From assembly GCF_009914755.1 (NCBI RefSeq), contig NC_060938.1: 64,000 nucleotides of DNA; one strand, 5' to 3'. The position numbers were made by a program, and so were the translations under genes. Every line of letters starts with the position of its first letter. Position 1 is the first letter of the stretch. Below, one piece after another: positions 49,501-64,000 of this stretch. Under the pieces are notes generated by a model. It saw only the letters and a program-made list of their open reading frames with translations. It ran no database searches and was not told where the DNA came from. The DNA is from the human T2T-CHM13v2.0 reference genome, Homo sapiens.

Positions 49501-50766
49501 TAATCTTCTTAAATGTCTATAGGATCTCTGGTTTTTTGGTTTTGTATTTCCATTTCTGATACTAATGATTTGTGTTTTGTCTTTTTTTTTTTGATCACTC
49601 TAACTAAAAGTGTGTCGGTTTTGTTGATATGGTACTTTTAAAGACTCAGCTTTTGGCTGTGTTAATTTTTTCTGTTGTCTTTTTTTCATTTCAGTGACTT
49701 CTGTTTTCTGTTATTTTCTTCTTTCTATTTTGGGTTTAGTTTGCTCTTTTTCTTGTTTCTTAAGGTGGAACCTTAGGTAACTGTGGTAGATCTTTCTTAT
49801 TTTCTTTTATTAAGCATTTAAAATAAGACATGTTTTCTATTTGTTGCCATTTGGTTCAGATGTTTTCTGATTTCCTTTTTGGTTTCATTTTTGACCTATG
49901 AGCTCTGGAGGTGTGTTGTTTCATACATTGGGGATTTTCTTAGATATCCTGTTATTGATTTCTAATTTAATTCTGTTGTGGTCAGAGAATATTTGTGGAA
50001 TTTCAATCCTTTTATTGAGAGCCCACCATATGATATGATCTGTCTTGATAAATGTACCATGTGCATTTGAAAGGAATGTGTCTTTTTCAATTGCCACATT
50101 TTCTGTGAATGTTAATTAGGTTGATAGTGTTTTTCAGAACTTCTAGGTCATTCCTGATTTTTTTTTTTGTCTAATTGTTCTATCACTGAGTGATACATTG
50201 AAAATCTATGATGATTTTGTCATTGTCCTTTTTTTATTATGTCTGTTGTTGCTTCATTTATTTTGAGATGTGTGTACATTCATAATTGTATGCCTTCATG
50301 AATTGTCTCCTTTATAATTATGAAATGTTGCTTTTCATAATTATACTCTTGATGGTAATACTCTATTTAAAAGTTGATTAGAAGCTCTGTGTGTGGTGAG
50401 GCTGGCATTCCTTTGCCTCTGGATGATCTGTTTGGGCCCTGCCATTTCAATGGTAGTCCCCTTATTGATCTAGTTCTTCTCATTTTCAGCCTCACCCCTT
50501 AGTACCTCAGTTTCTTAGCCGTTCTGAAGTTCTGTATCATGAATAGATTGCTTCCTCCTGGTGACTTCCTCACACTTCGTTTTCAGCTTTCTCCAGTTTG
50601 CTAAATCAATTCCCAGTTATGTGTTGCTTTTCTATCTGTCAGAATTTTGTTGACATCTCATATGCTGTTGCCTTTTTTTCATATTTTTCTGTCATGTTCT
50701 TTGTTGTCATTTCCGGAGGGAATGGAGGTAAGTGTCATCCACTTACTTACATTACATTAAGACTTT

Positions 50767-51069
<303 letters not shown>

Positions 51070-52440
51070 ACAGTAAGACTTTTAATTGACATACATTGTT
51101 GTTAACCTGATCTTTAAAATATAAAACACTAATTCAGTGTTATCTTCTGCCATGTAAGGAAAAAAGAGTGCGTGTGTGTGCGCGCGTGCGCGTATGGTGT
51201 CTATTTCAGTGATTTGAAAACTAATGTATTTCTTGCTGTAGATTTCATTTACATTAGAAAGTATTAGTGGTGTTTACTTTCTTTGTGCTTCGTTTGGTAG
51301 ACATTGAGCAGTATTTTATACATTTTCCATTTTACAATTTTAATACCGTCTTTTTTTGTTATGGGGCTCACTATCACATAAAATGTTTTTGTAAATGATT
51401 AGCTATTTTTTGTGTTTTGATAACTTATTATTGCCATATTCTTTCAAGTGCCTTCTTTTTGAAAATAATAATAATAATATAGAATAGAGGTTTCTTTGAC
51501 CTAGGATTTGAAAGTCACAGAGTTGCCATTTTAATCTAAGTCATGTAAATATACTGCTAGTTTCTTCACCCAGAAATGTAAACTTCACAGAGTTGTTAAG
51601 GGTATCTTACTTGTAAGGTAATAGAAAAGGGTTTAAAAACATACCTAATGTGTGTAAAATTGTGTATGGAATAATTAACATACTTTTGGATAGTTAGGAA
51701 TTAAATTATTTGTGTTTATGTCCTTTGATAATTAAATGGTTCTTGTAGATAACTTTTAGTTGAATATCCTTTGTGGTGTAAAACTTGTCCCATGCTTTGT
51801 AAAATGACGCTCATCTCATAACTTCTTCATATCCCAGATACAGTCCTGCATGAAGGTAGACAGCTGCCCAAATATGGTACTTAAATGCTCAAGAACTTAC
51901 AGGCCTCTAAATTGCTCCATGTTCAGTCTGGTATTTTGCGATGCATTCCAAAGATTCCTGTTAATTGCCTGTGTTGTTACTGAAGAAGTTATATCCTGGG
52001 ATGTTATCTGCCTTTGGCCTCTGGACAAAAATTTGGTTTTATCTGGAGAACAAGACTTTAAGAGAATAGGATACAGGACTCTTAAGTTTTTTGGATAGCA
52101 GGGTAGAAGAAATCTAAAATCTATGCAATGTCAGGGTTGGTAGGCCTTGATAGAGAGCCATAGCTCTTAGCCTTGGGAAGCAGGGAAATGATTCCAAGTA
52201 GAGTAGGGATACAATATCTATTTTTCAGGCCTTTTAGATCCAGCCCTGTCTGATCTCTTAATCATCATAATACTTATGTAGTTATTGTCATGTTTGAGTA
52301 TAAAATCCATGCACTTGAAGACCAAAGATCCAAGTACTAGCAGCTTAGCAACACTTATATGCTGCCCATGTAAGCCTCTTAAAGCATATTTCACAAGTGA
52401 GGAAAAGTAGAAGTTTCCCACCCTTAATGGGAAGAAATGA

Positions 52441-52825
<385 letters not shown>

Positions 52826-54224
52826 CCAATATGACTTATTTAATGAGTTTGGAATCCCCCTCACCCCGCCCTTCATATTCGTATATTTGAAAGAAGCTAG
52901 ATTATAGAGGGAAAGATAAATTTATAATGATTTTGCTAATTTTGTGATAATGGTGATGGGTATATTAAAAATAGTTTAAAAAATGGAAAATAGAGTTATA
53001 TAACTGAATGTTTGTATTTGTTGACATAAAGTATAGACAGCTTTAGCACTTGAAAAATCGGGTGGATTCTTGTTTTAGAAGCTGTTCCAGTGAATTCCCT
53101 TTCCTTATGATCTTTTTGTCCTAGAAATATTCAAAATAATCTTTATCATAAAGTAACATTATTATTGAATTGAACAGACTTACTTTGGTCCTTTGTTGGC
53201 AACTGCATTGTGGTGATTTTCTGTATTTCTGATAGACTGTGTGTGCTGGTCAGGTTGTTAATTCTTGGTGCCCTCTTCTCTGTGAATATATTTCTGGTAT
53301 GATAACCTTACTATCTTTCTATGCCTAATTCCTTTTTGAATCCATGATACCCATTGTGATATTATGAAAATAACTGCATTTACAGATTTTAGAGATGGGG
53401 TAGTACTGTCTGAGTTCTGCTTTATCCTATTTTCTCTTTTTTTGTTTAAATTTTTGAGGTTCTTTTTAAAAGTCATCAGTACTGCATAGTAAATGAAGAA
53501 TGTCTTTGAATTCCTTGAGTGTGCTTAAATGTGAGAATGTTTCTACTTGTAAGAGGAAGCCAATCCAAGTTAACATTTTTTTCTGCTAATTAAAGTTTAG
53601 AATTTTAATCAAGTAATACTTAGCAATAATTATGCTGTCTAGTTAGAATAGTGTTAGAGGACAGTGGTAATTTCTGGATTAGGTGCTCTTCCCCTCTGCT
53701 TTCACTAGGGAGAAAGGCGCTAAAGCTAAGAATTCTATGTAGTTTGGTGCTGATATTATTATTGCATAAGCCAAGTGTTTGGGGTGGTTCTAGACTAGCT
53801 TTTCTTTACTTGGGTGGTAGAAAACATATCCGGATGAAATAGGCTTTAGAATCTGGATAAGCAATGAATATGATATGGAAACTTTGTCCCACCTTTTGTA
53901 AATACGTAACAGAAAGATAACAAAAGCCTAAACAAATTTACATTAGAACTTGTTCAGAGAATTAAGAAGGAAGGAGAGAGATTCGTTTAGCCAGTAGCAG
54001 TCCGAAGGTGACTCCATTTTGGCAGTTGTCGGTCTCTTTAAGAACACCATCTTGTTCTTGACTTTTCTGTAGGAGTCACTAAGGACTGAGCTGTGTAGAA
54101 TTGCTCTCAGAGTTTCTCCCTCGGTAAGGGTTTTTTTTTGTAATTAGGATGAATTGCTTGATAGATATTATAGCACTTTTAAAAGCACCAGTCTGTTCTT
54201 AATTAAAGGAGAGAGTATTTTTAT

Positions 54225-54800
54225 TTGTTCAACAGCAAATATTGAGTGCCCATATGTGAAAGATCAGTTCTCTGGGGAAGACCAAGATCAGTAAGATATA
54301 GTTTCTGCTCTTAAAGAGTTGTAGCCTTGTCGAGGAAATCAGAAGTGACCATAATCATAACACAGTGATGGGTGCCCCAGAGAGGCCCAGCAGAATATTC
54401 TGGGAGTTTAAAGGATGGAGAAACACTGATTTCCCCAATGAATAGAGGGAGTGAAGGCTTCATGTGGGAGGTAGTATTTAAGCAGTGTCTTACTAGATGG
54501 GACTTGAACCTATGAAGAGTTTTTCAGATTGAGGCATGTGTTGAGGATAACAACTTCAGATTGCTACATTGTCTAGTGAGGAAAATAAATGATAATAATG
54601 CTAGTGTTTATTGAATGTTTAACTTGTGCTGTTTTAAGTGTTCTTATCATTTCCTCATAACAATAACATAGTAACCCTATGAGATAGGTATTATTGTCAT
54701 TCCATTTTACAGATGAAGAAATTGAGGTTAAGAAACTTGAAACTCTTAACCCACACTGGTCCTGGAGAGTTCACTCTTACTTGCTATGTTATACTTTGGG
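54225..54800. mobile_element. L2 and MIR fragments
   Basis: caaatattgagtgcccatatgtg (L2); cattttacagatgaagaaattgagg (MIR). Confidence 0.6.
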
Positions 54801-54972
54801 AAATGTAGCAAAGCTGGATGGGGTTCCATTTATGTAGAGTCTCAAATGCCCAGATGAATAATTTAATATATTGGAAGATATTTTTAAAATGGTTCTGTGT
54901 GAAGGTTTTAAGCACATCCTCTCATTTCTCTTAATATACCATGCGTTACTGCCTTTGAAATGCCTTTTTCAC

Positions 54973-55376
54973 TGTGTTAGTTTATTTTTGCATTGCTATA
55001 AATATCCAAGACTGGGTAATTTATAAAGAAAAGGGGCTTAATTAGCTCATGGTTCTGCAAGCGGTACTAGCATGGCACAGTCATTTGCTCAGCTCCTGGC
55101 GAGGGCCTCTGGAAGCTTACAATCATGATGAAAGGGAGAGGGAGGAGAAGGGGTGGTGGGGGAAAGACAGAGGAGGGAGGTGCCACACACTTTTAAACAG
55201 CCAGATCTCAGGTGAACTAACTGAGCCAGAACTCACTTATCACCAAGGGGATGGTGCTAATCCATCATGAGGGATCTGCCTCCATGATCTAGTACCTCCC
55301 AGCAGGCCCCACCTTCCACACTGGGGAACACATTTCAACAGGAGATTTGGAAGGCATGAATATCCAAACCATATCA
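54973..55376 (-). mobile_element. MST (ERVL-MaLR) solo LTR
   Basis: tgtgttagttt...gactgggtaatttataaagaaa...caaggggatggtgctaa...aaaccatatca. Confidence 0.85.
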
Positions 55377-56969
55377 CCCACTTTTCCTTATGAATTTCTA
55401 CTTATTCTTAACTTCTTTGCTTGTTTATTACCTATTCTCTGGGGCTTTTTCAGTCACCCAGGAGGACGGGCCCTTCCATGGGCTCAGGTGGCACTTTGCT
55501 GGTTCTTTTCATATAGGGTTTGTTAGGTGGCAGGGTCATTATGTGCTTGTTTTTTTTCTCAGCCAGACTGCGAATTACTTGAATTCTGCCTGTACATACT
55601 TTTCATGTCCCTGGTGTTAGGCACAGCATTATTGCTGAATAAAGATCAGATAAGTCCAACGGAATGAAAGGGAAGGTGATGAATTTTCAGATGTCATGCT
55701 GACTTTTTTCTTTGCTTTCTTTCTGAGTTGCAGGTGTTTAAAATCCCTAGGGAAGAGATAAGGTGATTTATGTTCAATACATTGGTTCCTGTGAGAATGA
55801 AGGAGGGAGATTATTCTGGGTTTGTGTGGGGCCTGGGTTTGGGGCTTGGCCTTGAAGGCCTAACATTTGAGTTGGCAGAAGGGAGAGGGGCACACCCAGC
55901 CGAGAGAACAGCATGAGTGGTGCACGGGAATGGGTTCAACATGAAACGACACCGCCGCCTTGAAACTGGAGCTTCTGGGCTTTTCTGCTACACCCAATAG
56001 AGCCTTTTATGGCATAGAGAATCTCTCAAAAGCCTTGATTTGTTTGTAGTCAGCCAGAAAGATGTATGGGCCAGCAAAACATTTGCCATGTTGTGGTTTG
56101 AATTTAAGGTAAGTTTCTAACACATGGAATATGAAGTTCAAATACTCAACATGCCTTTTTTGGTGGTAAACTGCTATTGAAATATGGGCCCATTTGGTCT
56201 AAATTAAACTCATTCTTTGGATATTCTCTAAAATCTTAAAACCGCCAGTAATCTCACATTTAACTGGCATGTCTTCTGTAGTCAGCCTGACCCGCGTTTC
56301 CTTTTGACTGTCTCCTTCAGATCGGTAGGGACTTTCAGCATTGCTGTAATGGACTTGTGTTGTTTAATTCAGCTTTTTGCTCTTTATCTGGAAGCACTCT
56401 GGCTGTGATGTGGGGAATGAAAGGTATTGAGGAGAGTCAGGGTTAATCGGACTTGTGGAGAGGACAGCGATAAAGGACTCTTGTAATAAAGGAGGATGTT
56501 AGAATCCAGGAGAGGGTGTCATTGTTAAGACACATCTTTCAACAGTTGGAAACCTTTTAAAATATTTTTAAGGCACAACCCAGAGTACTAAAAAAGGATG
56601 CCTTGAAACTACCGATGCCCCAGATTAAAAGCTTTCTCCCTCAGAAGTTCTGATTAAAATTGGTCGTGTTCTCAGAAGTGCCCAACAGGGTAGAGACAGT
56701 CTTCCTCAACATGGTCAAGGTCATAACTCACAATTTTACTGACTCTGATTATTCTGGGGACCATAGGCCTTGTCTTTGGTGGAGTGAGGACTAAAGGAAA
56801 GTAGGTAGGTGTGGGTATGGCCTCCATCCCAGAGTCTTCTCTGCAACAGTTGCTGGTTTTTAGTTTTTGCTGCTGATTACTGAAAAATTTAGTGCTACAG
56901 ATGTTAAAACAAAAGCTCCTCGAGGATAGGGACTTGGTTTTGTTCCCTAATAAAACCTCTATTGAATAG

Positions 56970-57585
56970 CTCTATCCAATAGATGTATGCTGTGCCTTCA
57001 TTATATTTAAATATTTCTAGTTGCATTAAGACAAAGTAAAAAGAAAAGTGAATTTAATTTTAATAATATATTTTATTTCATCTGATTTATGTGAAATATT
57101 ATCTCAACATATAATACATATAAAAAATTATAGAGATGCTTTACTTTCTTTTGTACATTCTTTTTTTTTTTTTTTTTTTGAAACAAGTCTTGCTCTGTTG
57201 CCTGGGCTGGAGTGCAGTGGCGCAATCTCGGCTCACTGCAACTTCTGACTCCCTGGTTCAAGTGATTCTGCTGCCTCAGCCTCCCGAGTAGCTGGGATTA
57301 CAGGCATGTGCCACCACGCCCAGCTAATTTTTGTATTTTTAGTAGAGACGGGGTTTCACCATGTTGTCCAGGATGGTCTCGATCTCCTGACCTCGTGATC
57401 CGCCCGCCTCAGCCTCCCAAAGTGCTGGGATTACAAGCGTGTGCCATCGCACCTGGCCTGCACATTCTTTTGTTTTCAGAATCTAGTGTATATCTTATGC
57501 TTACCGTATATCTCAGTTTGTACTAGTGCCATTTCAAATTCTTAATGGCCACGTGTGACTACTGCCTGTCATATTGGACAGTGTG
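56970..57585. mobile_element. MER3/MER33-like hAT element containing an AluSc (57164-57458, -)
   Basis: atttcaaattcttaatggccacgtgtgactactgcctgtcatattggacag; Alu TSD tg(t/c)acattcttt. Confidence 0.75.
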
Positions 57586-57590
57586 GTGAC

Positions 57591-58010
57591 TATATTAGTC
57601 AGGATTCTCTAGGGGGACAGAACTAATAGGATAGATGTATATATAAAGGGGAGTTTGTAGGTCCCACAATAGACCGTCTGTAAGCTGAGGAGCAAGGAAG
57701 CCAGTCCAAGTCCCAAAGCTGAAGAACTTGGATTCCAATGTTGGAGAGCAGGAGACATCCAGCACAGGAGAAAGATGTAGGCTGGGAGACTCAGCCAGTC
57801 TAGTTTCTTCACGTTCTTCTGCCTGCTTTTATTCTGGCTGTGCTGGCAGCTGATTAGATGGTGCCCACCCAGATTGAGGGTGGGTCTGCCTTTCCCAGTC
57901 CACTGATTCCAGTGTTAATCTCCTTTGGCAACACCTTCACAGACACACCCAGGAACAATACTTTGCATCCTTCAATCCAATCAAGTTGACACTGAATATT
58001 AACCATCACA
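57591..58010 (-). mobile_element. MLT2A-like (ERVL) solo LTR
   Basis: tatattagtcaggattctct...gattgagggtgggtctgcc...caatccaatcaagttgacac...aaccatcaca; TSD gtgac/gcgac. Confidence 0.9.
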
Positions 58011-58049
58011 GCGACTATATCTGGTATATGGTAGATGCACAGTAAATAC
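57854..58049 (-). CDS. Predicted exon 2 of a putative antisense spliced ORF (YLLCIYHIPDIVAVMVNIQCQLDWIEG...PPSIWVGTI*)
   Basis: About 55-nt polypyrimidine tract on - (58054-58108) ending TTTTACAG|G at 58050/58049; stays open in the frame set by the 61269 donor until TAA at 57856-57854. Confidence 0.4.
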
Positions 58050-58426
58050 CTGTAAAATGAAGAAAGGAAGAAACAAAGGGAGAAGGAAAGGGAAGGGAAG
58101 AAGAAAATGGTAACATTTCAAAGATGAATAAACAGATGAACCCTGTTTTACTTGTTTTGGTGTGTCCTGGCAGCTCCTGACTAGAAGATAACTGAATGAT
58201 CCTTTTATTTTTAGTTTAAAATCATTTTCAAATGTATTATCTCATTAATACATACCTTCAGTACCATTGATTTAGACAGACCAAGTTGATCTACTGAGGC
58301 TGTGTAAGGTTTAACCAGGATCCAAACTTGAGTACTTTCTTCTCGTTACTGTGAATTTTCTCATTGGTTTGTGTGAAAAATCTTCCCTATGAACAGTAGC
58401 TGGCCCTTAGTTATGGATAGATATTA

Positions 58427-58937
<511 letters not shown>

Positions 58938-60411
58938 TAGTTAGCTAAAGGTCACATCTTAAAGTTTGTCTTTAATTCAGTAATCAAAGACATCATTACT
59001 GTAGCCAAGAAAGGTGTGTGTGTGGCTTCTGTAGGTGTTTAACACAGGCTGTCTGAATAACAGAAGGCACATAAAAATTTGTTAAATAAAAAGACTTTAT
59101 GAAAAGGTATGCATACGTATGTTTCAAACGATTCTTCTAGATAACCATTTCACCTCTGCAGAAGTTGTTTTCTAGCAGGAATGTGTTACGATTTCTGTTC
59201 TACACGTGGAGAATTGTCTTTTATATAGAGGAAACTACTTAACCAGCATCGTAACCCTTCGTTGCTTAAATTATTGGATTTTGTGTCTTTCTTGTTTCTT
59301 GAGCCATTAAAATGGTTGGTTTTACTGTGCTTAACATTTAAATAAAAACCTAAGGCAGATGCTTTTGGTATGATTCAATTTGTTATGCTAAAGATGAATC
59401 CAAGTTAATTTCTAGAGTATCAGTATGATACGAAGACATTGCATTTCATCTTCCTTTTGGATAAAAGCCAAGACAGATCACTCTGCAGAGCAAGGTGTGT
59501 TGTTAACTGAGATATCAGTGCACAGCACATACTTCATACAAGGTGTTCAAATATTTGAATTTGTGAGAAATGACTCTGGTGTGCAGAAAATGGCATTTAT
59601 TGAGAAGGCCTAAAATATGATTTTTAATTTTCCCTAAGTCAGTAGATACTGCAAAATACTTTGTTCATTATTGTTCATTTTAGGATAATGTACCACAAGT
59701 TTGAAAAAGTAATGCAAAAATTATTCAATAAAAGATACAGACGCAGGTTTTTGTCAAAGCAGAATCTACCATCTAGACTTTAATTGACCCAAGCTACAAA
59801 GAAGTTAAGTCTAATTTATCTTATGTATTTGGGAGATCATTCACAAGGAATTATCTGCAAAACCACATGAATATTATTATCTACTGTGTACATTAAGGAT
59901 TTAAGAGTGCATAGCTTCTACACATACTTTAGCTTTTCTTTTCATAGCCTGGGGAAATGCTATGAATGCACCTAACTGAGATTTTAACGTAATTGAAGCT
60001 TACCCTTTCCGTGTCAAATTCCAGACTCTAGAGGCACTTTGTTGGCCCACACGTCACACGTGCTCTTCTTTTTTAATAGGATAACTTAGGATCCGCATGG
60101 ATAGAGAGAATGAGAGGCTAAAGATATTTCCTGCAGAAAATGGTAGAAGCTTAAATACACGATTGCATGAGTGACAGTCTGAAAGTCTCTGAAAGTGGTT
60201 GTCAGCCCTGGCTGAACATCAGAATCATCTGTGGAGCTTTAGGATCTTAAAGCTGGCCAGATTTATTTGTTTTTAAATCAAAACCCTCCCTAGTGCTACC
60301 TACATTTTAGCCAGGATTCAAATTTTTCATTGAAGAACTTTCTGAGGTTTGTTGATTCTGTAGTCATAGTGTGTCATATGTATTTTTTACCACCTTACCT
60401 ATATAAATAGG

Positions 60412-60554
60412 TTTTTAGTTTTTGTTGTTGTTTGGTAGAGATAGGGTCTTGCTGTGTTGCCCAGGCTGGTCTCGAACTCCTAGGCTCAAGCATTCCTTCT
60501 AGCTCGACCTCTCGAAGTGCTGGGATTACAGGCATGAGCCACCGTGCCTGACCT
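60412..60554 (-). mobile_element. Alu left monomer (FLAM_C-like)
   Basis: gtagagatagggtcttg...gctgggattacaggcatgagccacc. Confidence 0.8.
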
Positions 60555-61268
60555 GTTTATTAGAATTGATTTCTGATGAATCACCAAAGATTTGTTTGTC
60601 TGATTGTTTCAAAGATAGGAAGACTTGATAAAGGGTGAGATAGGGCTGGTTCCTCTGCAGGAAGTCCTGAGGGAAACAGACCCCTAGGAGATGGGTAGGT
60701 AATTGTAACTGGAGAGAAGAGGGACCAGTGGGTCAAAGCTTAGGGGTTTTAAGAGGAAAGAAAAATGAGTTGTACAAGGCATCTGTCTAGATGGCTCAGT
60801 GGGTAATAGATTTAACTAACTGGAAACTGTGCATTCCTTCATAGTTTCTATGTTTCCCTTTTGCCACCTTTGACTAGTTAAGGAAGATACATGATTGATG
60901 ATCATTGCTCAGAAAATCTTTTACTTATATTTGAATTTCTGTTTTTAAGATAGTACCATTTGTAGGAAATCTGACATCTACTTAAAGTGGTAGTTTTTTC
61001 CACCACTATTTTTTATATTTTGTGTAGTCTTAGACATAGAAAGGCACTTTAATCTCCCATTTCAGATTTCCTGTAGATTGCAGGGGACAAGTGAGATGTT
61101 TCATATTTAGGAATATTGAGTATATTTTTCTTCATTTCTTTGGTAATAGGCAGTGTTTTGTGGCATACTTCTCAACTTTTTAATTAATTGGACTAAAGTG
61201 TGTAGTAATGTAGGTAATGGGTCTTTGTGTTCCTCACATTTAGTAGAGACTCATCGTCAGGAGCCCAC

Positions 61269-61456
61269 CCTTTCCTCGGTCTGACATGCAGACTGTCAGT
61301 GTGGTGCTGTGTTTCCTCATCTGAAGGGCTCGGAGGAGAGTGGGAAAGGGAACAGTTAATATCCAGCGGACAAGTGCATTCGCTGGTACTAGTTTCTGAT
61401 TTTCTAGTATTACCTGTAAATATAAGTCCTTTGTCACATGTTGTCAAGATTTCCAT
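61269..61456 (-). CDS. Predicted ATG-containing exon of a putative antisense spliced ORF (MEILTTCDKG...LHVRPRK)
   Basis: ATG in strong Kozak context (AAGATGG); donor AAAGG|GTGGGC at 61269/61268; candidate upstream acceptor TCATCCTACCCCAG at 61504/61503; apparently non-repetitive sequence. Confidence 0.4.
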
Positions 61457-61907
61457 CTTTTCAAATCCAAAGGAGATTAGAGAGTAAATGCAATTTATGA
61501 AGACTGGGGTAGGATGATAATTTGTAATTTTCTTTGGGACTGAAATTTCTTATCCAGCATTCCTTATGCTTATACCATTCAAATAAAGTATGACAGTGAA
61601 AAAATGGTCCAGAAACCTGTTTGATAAAACCTAACGACTTAAAATGATACAGCTGTTTCATCCTAAATGTGTTAAACAATCCAAATATTTTCCCCTCTGA
61701 TTATAAAAATCTTTATTATAGAAAAATTGGAAAGTACAATAAAGCATGAAGAAGAAAATACAAATCACCAGTAATCCCACAACCCAGCAGCAACTGCTAT
61801 TAATATTTAAACTATTTCCTTTCAGGGTTTTTTGGAGGGAGGCAGCCATACTCTTGTATCGTGTTTATGAACTTAATATTATGAGCATTTTCCCATGTAC
61901 ATAGCTA

Positions 61908-62369
<462 letters not shown>

Positions 62370-62513
62370 CTATAGAATTTTGATTTTGTTGCTGCGGTGA
62401 CAATATATCTTGCTTCATGTAATTTTTAAATATATGTATCTAATTCTTCATCTGACATTTATTGAACCCTTCCTTTGGAATAGACACTATACTAAGACTT
62501 CACAGGACAATGA

Positions 62514-62877
<364 letters not shown>

Positions 62878-64000
62878 GCATTCAGTATTCTTAGTCTATA
62901 GGCTGGGAATGTAGACATTACTTAAATAATCACACATATAAATGTTAAATTATAACTGTGATACGTGATTTGAAGGACAGGTAAATGCTGCTTATGAGAA
63001 CAGTTCATATGAACAAGAATTAGGTGTTTTATTTGACAACAGATTTAAAATGATCCAGGTCCTGTAGTTCTGTAAAGGTCAGTGCTAGCCAAGAAATAGC
63101 ATGTTCTGCTCTGAGAACTTAATGTGCCTATGGTACTCTACCATGGTTAGAGAACATGGGGGTTCTTTTTGTCGTCTTCTGACCAACTAGAGTACATTCT
63201 AAAGAGTGACTCTCTAAGGAGAGTACATTTTAAGGAGAGAGGGAGACAGTTTCAGAAAGGAATTCAAGTGATGCCAGGTTGGGAGGACCGTAGCAAGTGA
63301 TTCTGAGGAAAGAAGGCACAGGGAGGACATTGTGGTTGTCCAGTGTGTAGTAGTAGATCAAGGTGTATTGAGCAGATTCTTGCAGAGTTGAGAAGTAGAC
63401 TGCTGTACTGGTTCTCTTTCCATTCTAAGATTCCACGCTGTTAAAGATTATCTGAAGCCATTCAGCATCAGGTGGGTATAAGAGGACCCTGAGGATGATT
63501 TTCAGCCTATGTCCATTTAGGTTTGGAGGAAGAGTATCCACCCATTCTCCTTGCCCTCAAGTCTCAACTCTCCAAGCAAGAGGAAGCCAGAGAGGCTTGG
63601 GGAGCGCAGGAAAGCTATAAATCCCAATACCCATTATCTCCTGAGGACAGACAGTCTCCGGTGCAGGCAGATGCTTCAGGAGTTCCCCATAATCTGTAGG
63701 ATGGAAGCTGAGTGCCTTAATATGGCAGAGGCCCTCTGGATGTGGCTTCTGCCTTCTCTGTTGATCGCTTTCTTCTCACTCGCCTGTCACCGAGCCTTGT
63801 TTGTTCTAGTGGTAGTGAAGTCCTTGCATAATGTGATTTCTTGCCTTTCAGTGCCTTGCTGTTTCTTCTCCCTAAACATTCCTCTGATTTGCTGAATACA
63901 TTCTTATTTTCCTCTCAGGACCAGCTTAAAAGTTAACATCTGTAGAGTTTTTCTGCTTTGCTCAAGTTAGTTACTTCATAACACATACCTCTGTTACAGT

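Larger units (their letters stand above)
46850..50370 (-). mobile_element. Old L1M ORF2-region fragment split by the SVA insertion
   Basis: Degenerate antisense L1 (tttgtatcctgcaatcttg, gaatttgccagtgaaatcat, ttgtggtcagagaata); sequence is continuous across 47823/49501. Confidence 0.75.

Noticed and set aside
48468-49503. Overlapping ORFs of up to 219 aa rich in Gly/Arg/Pro
   Set aside because: Translations of the GC-rich SVA VNTR and Alu-like domain, which are depleted of stop codons.

Overview
Hominid (almost certainly human) genomic DNA, shown by AluY, a young L1PA and an SVA. About half the window is interspersed repeat. I find no convincing coding exon of a host gene. The T-rich + strand and mostly minus-oriented L1/Alu/LTR/SVA insertions suggest a large intron of an unidentified gene transcribed on +. 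Well-supported features: a processed PDZD11 pseudogene (1290-2253, -), a 5'-truncated L1PA2-like L1 with an open 681-aa ORF2 C-terminus, a full-length old-subfamily SVA, about 36 Alu pieces, six solo LTRs, and hAT, L1M, L2 and MIR relics. Most notable observations: (1) a predicted spliced antisense ORF of 127 aa joining a unique exon (61269-61456) to an exon running into an MLT2A LTR (57854-58049); (2) an SVA carrying two stacked 3' transductions, each with its own poly(A) signal and tail; (3) an Alu with a twin-priming 5' inversion; (4) an ~80-bp retroposed mRNA 3' end. Nothing here supports a new multi-gene system. Repeat subfamily calls come from recalled consensus sequences and need RepeatMasker confirmation.
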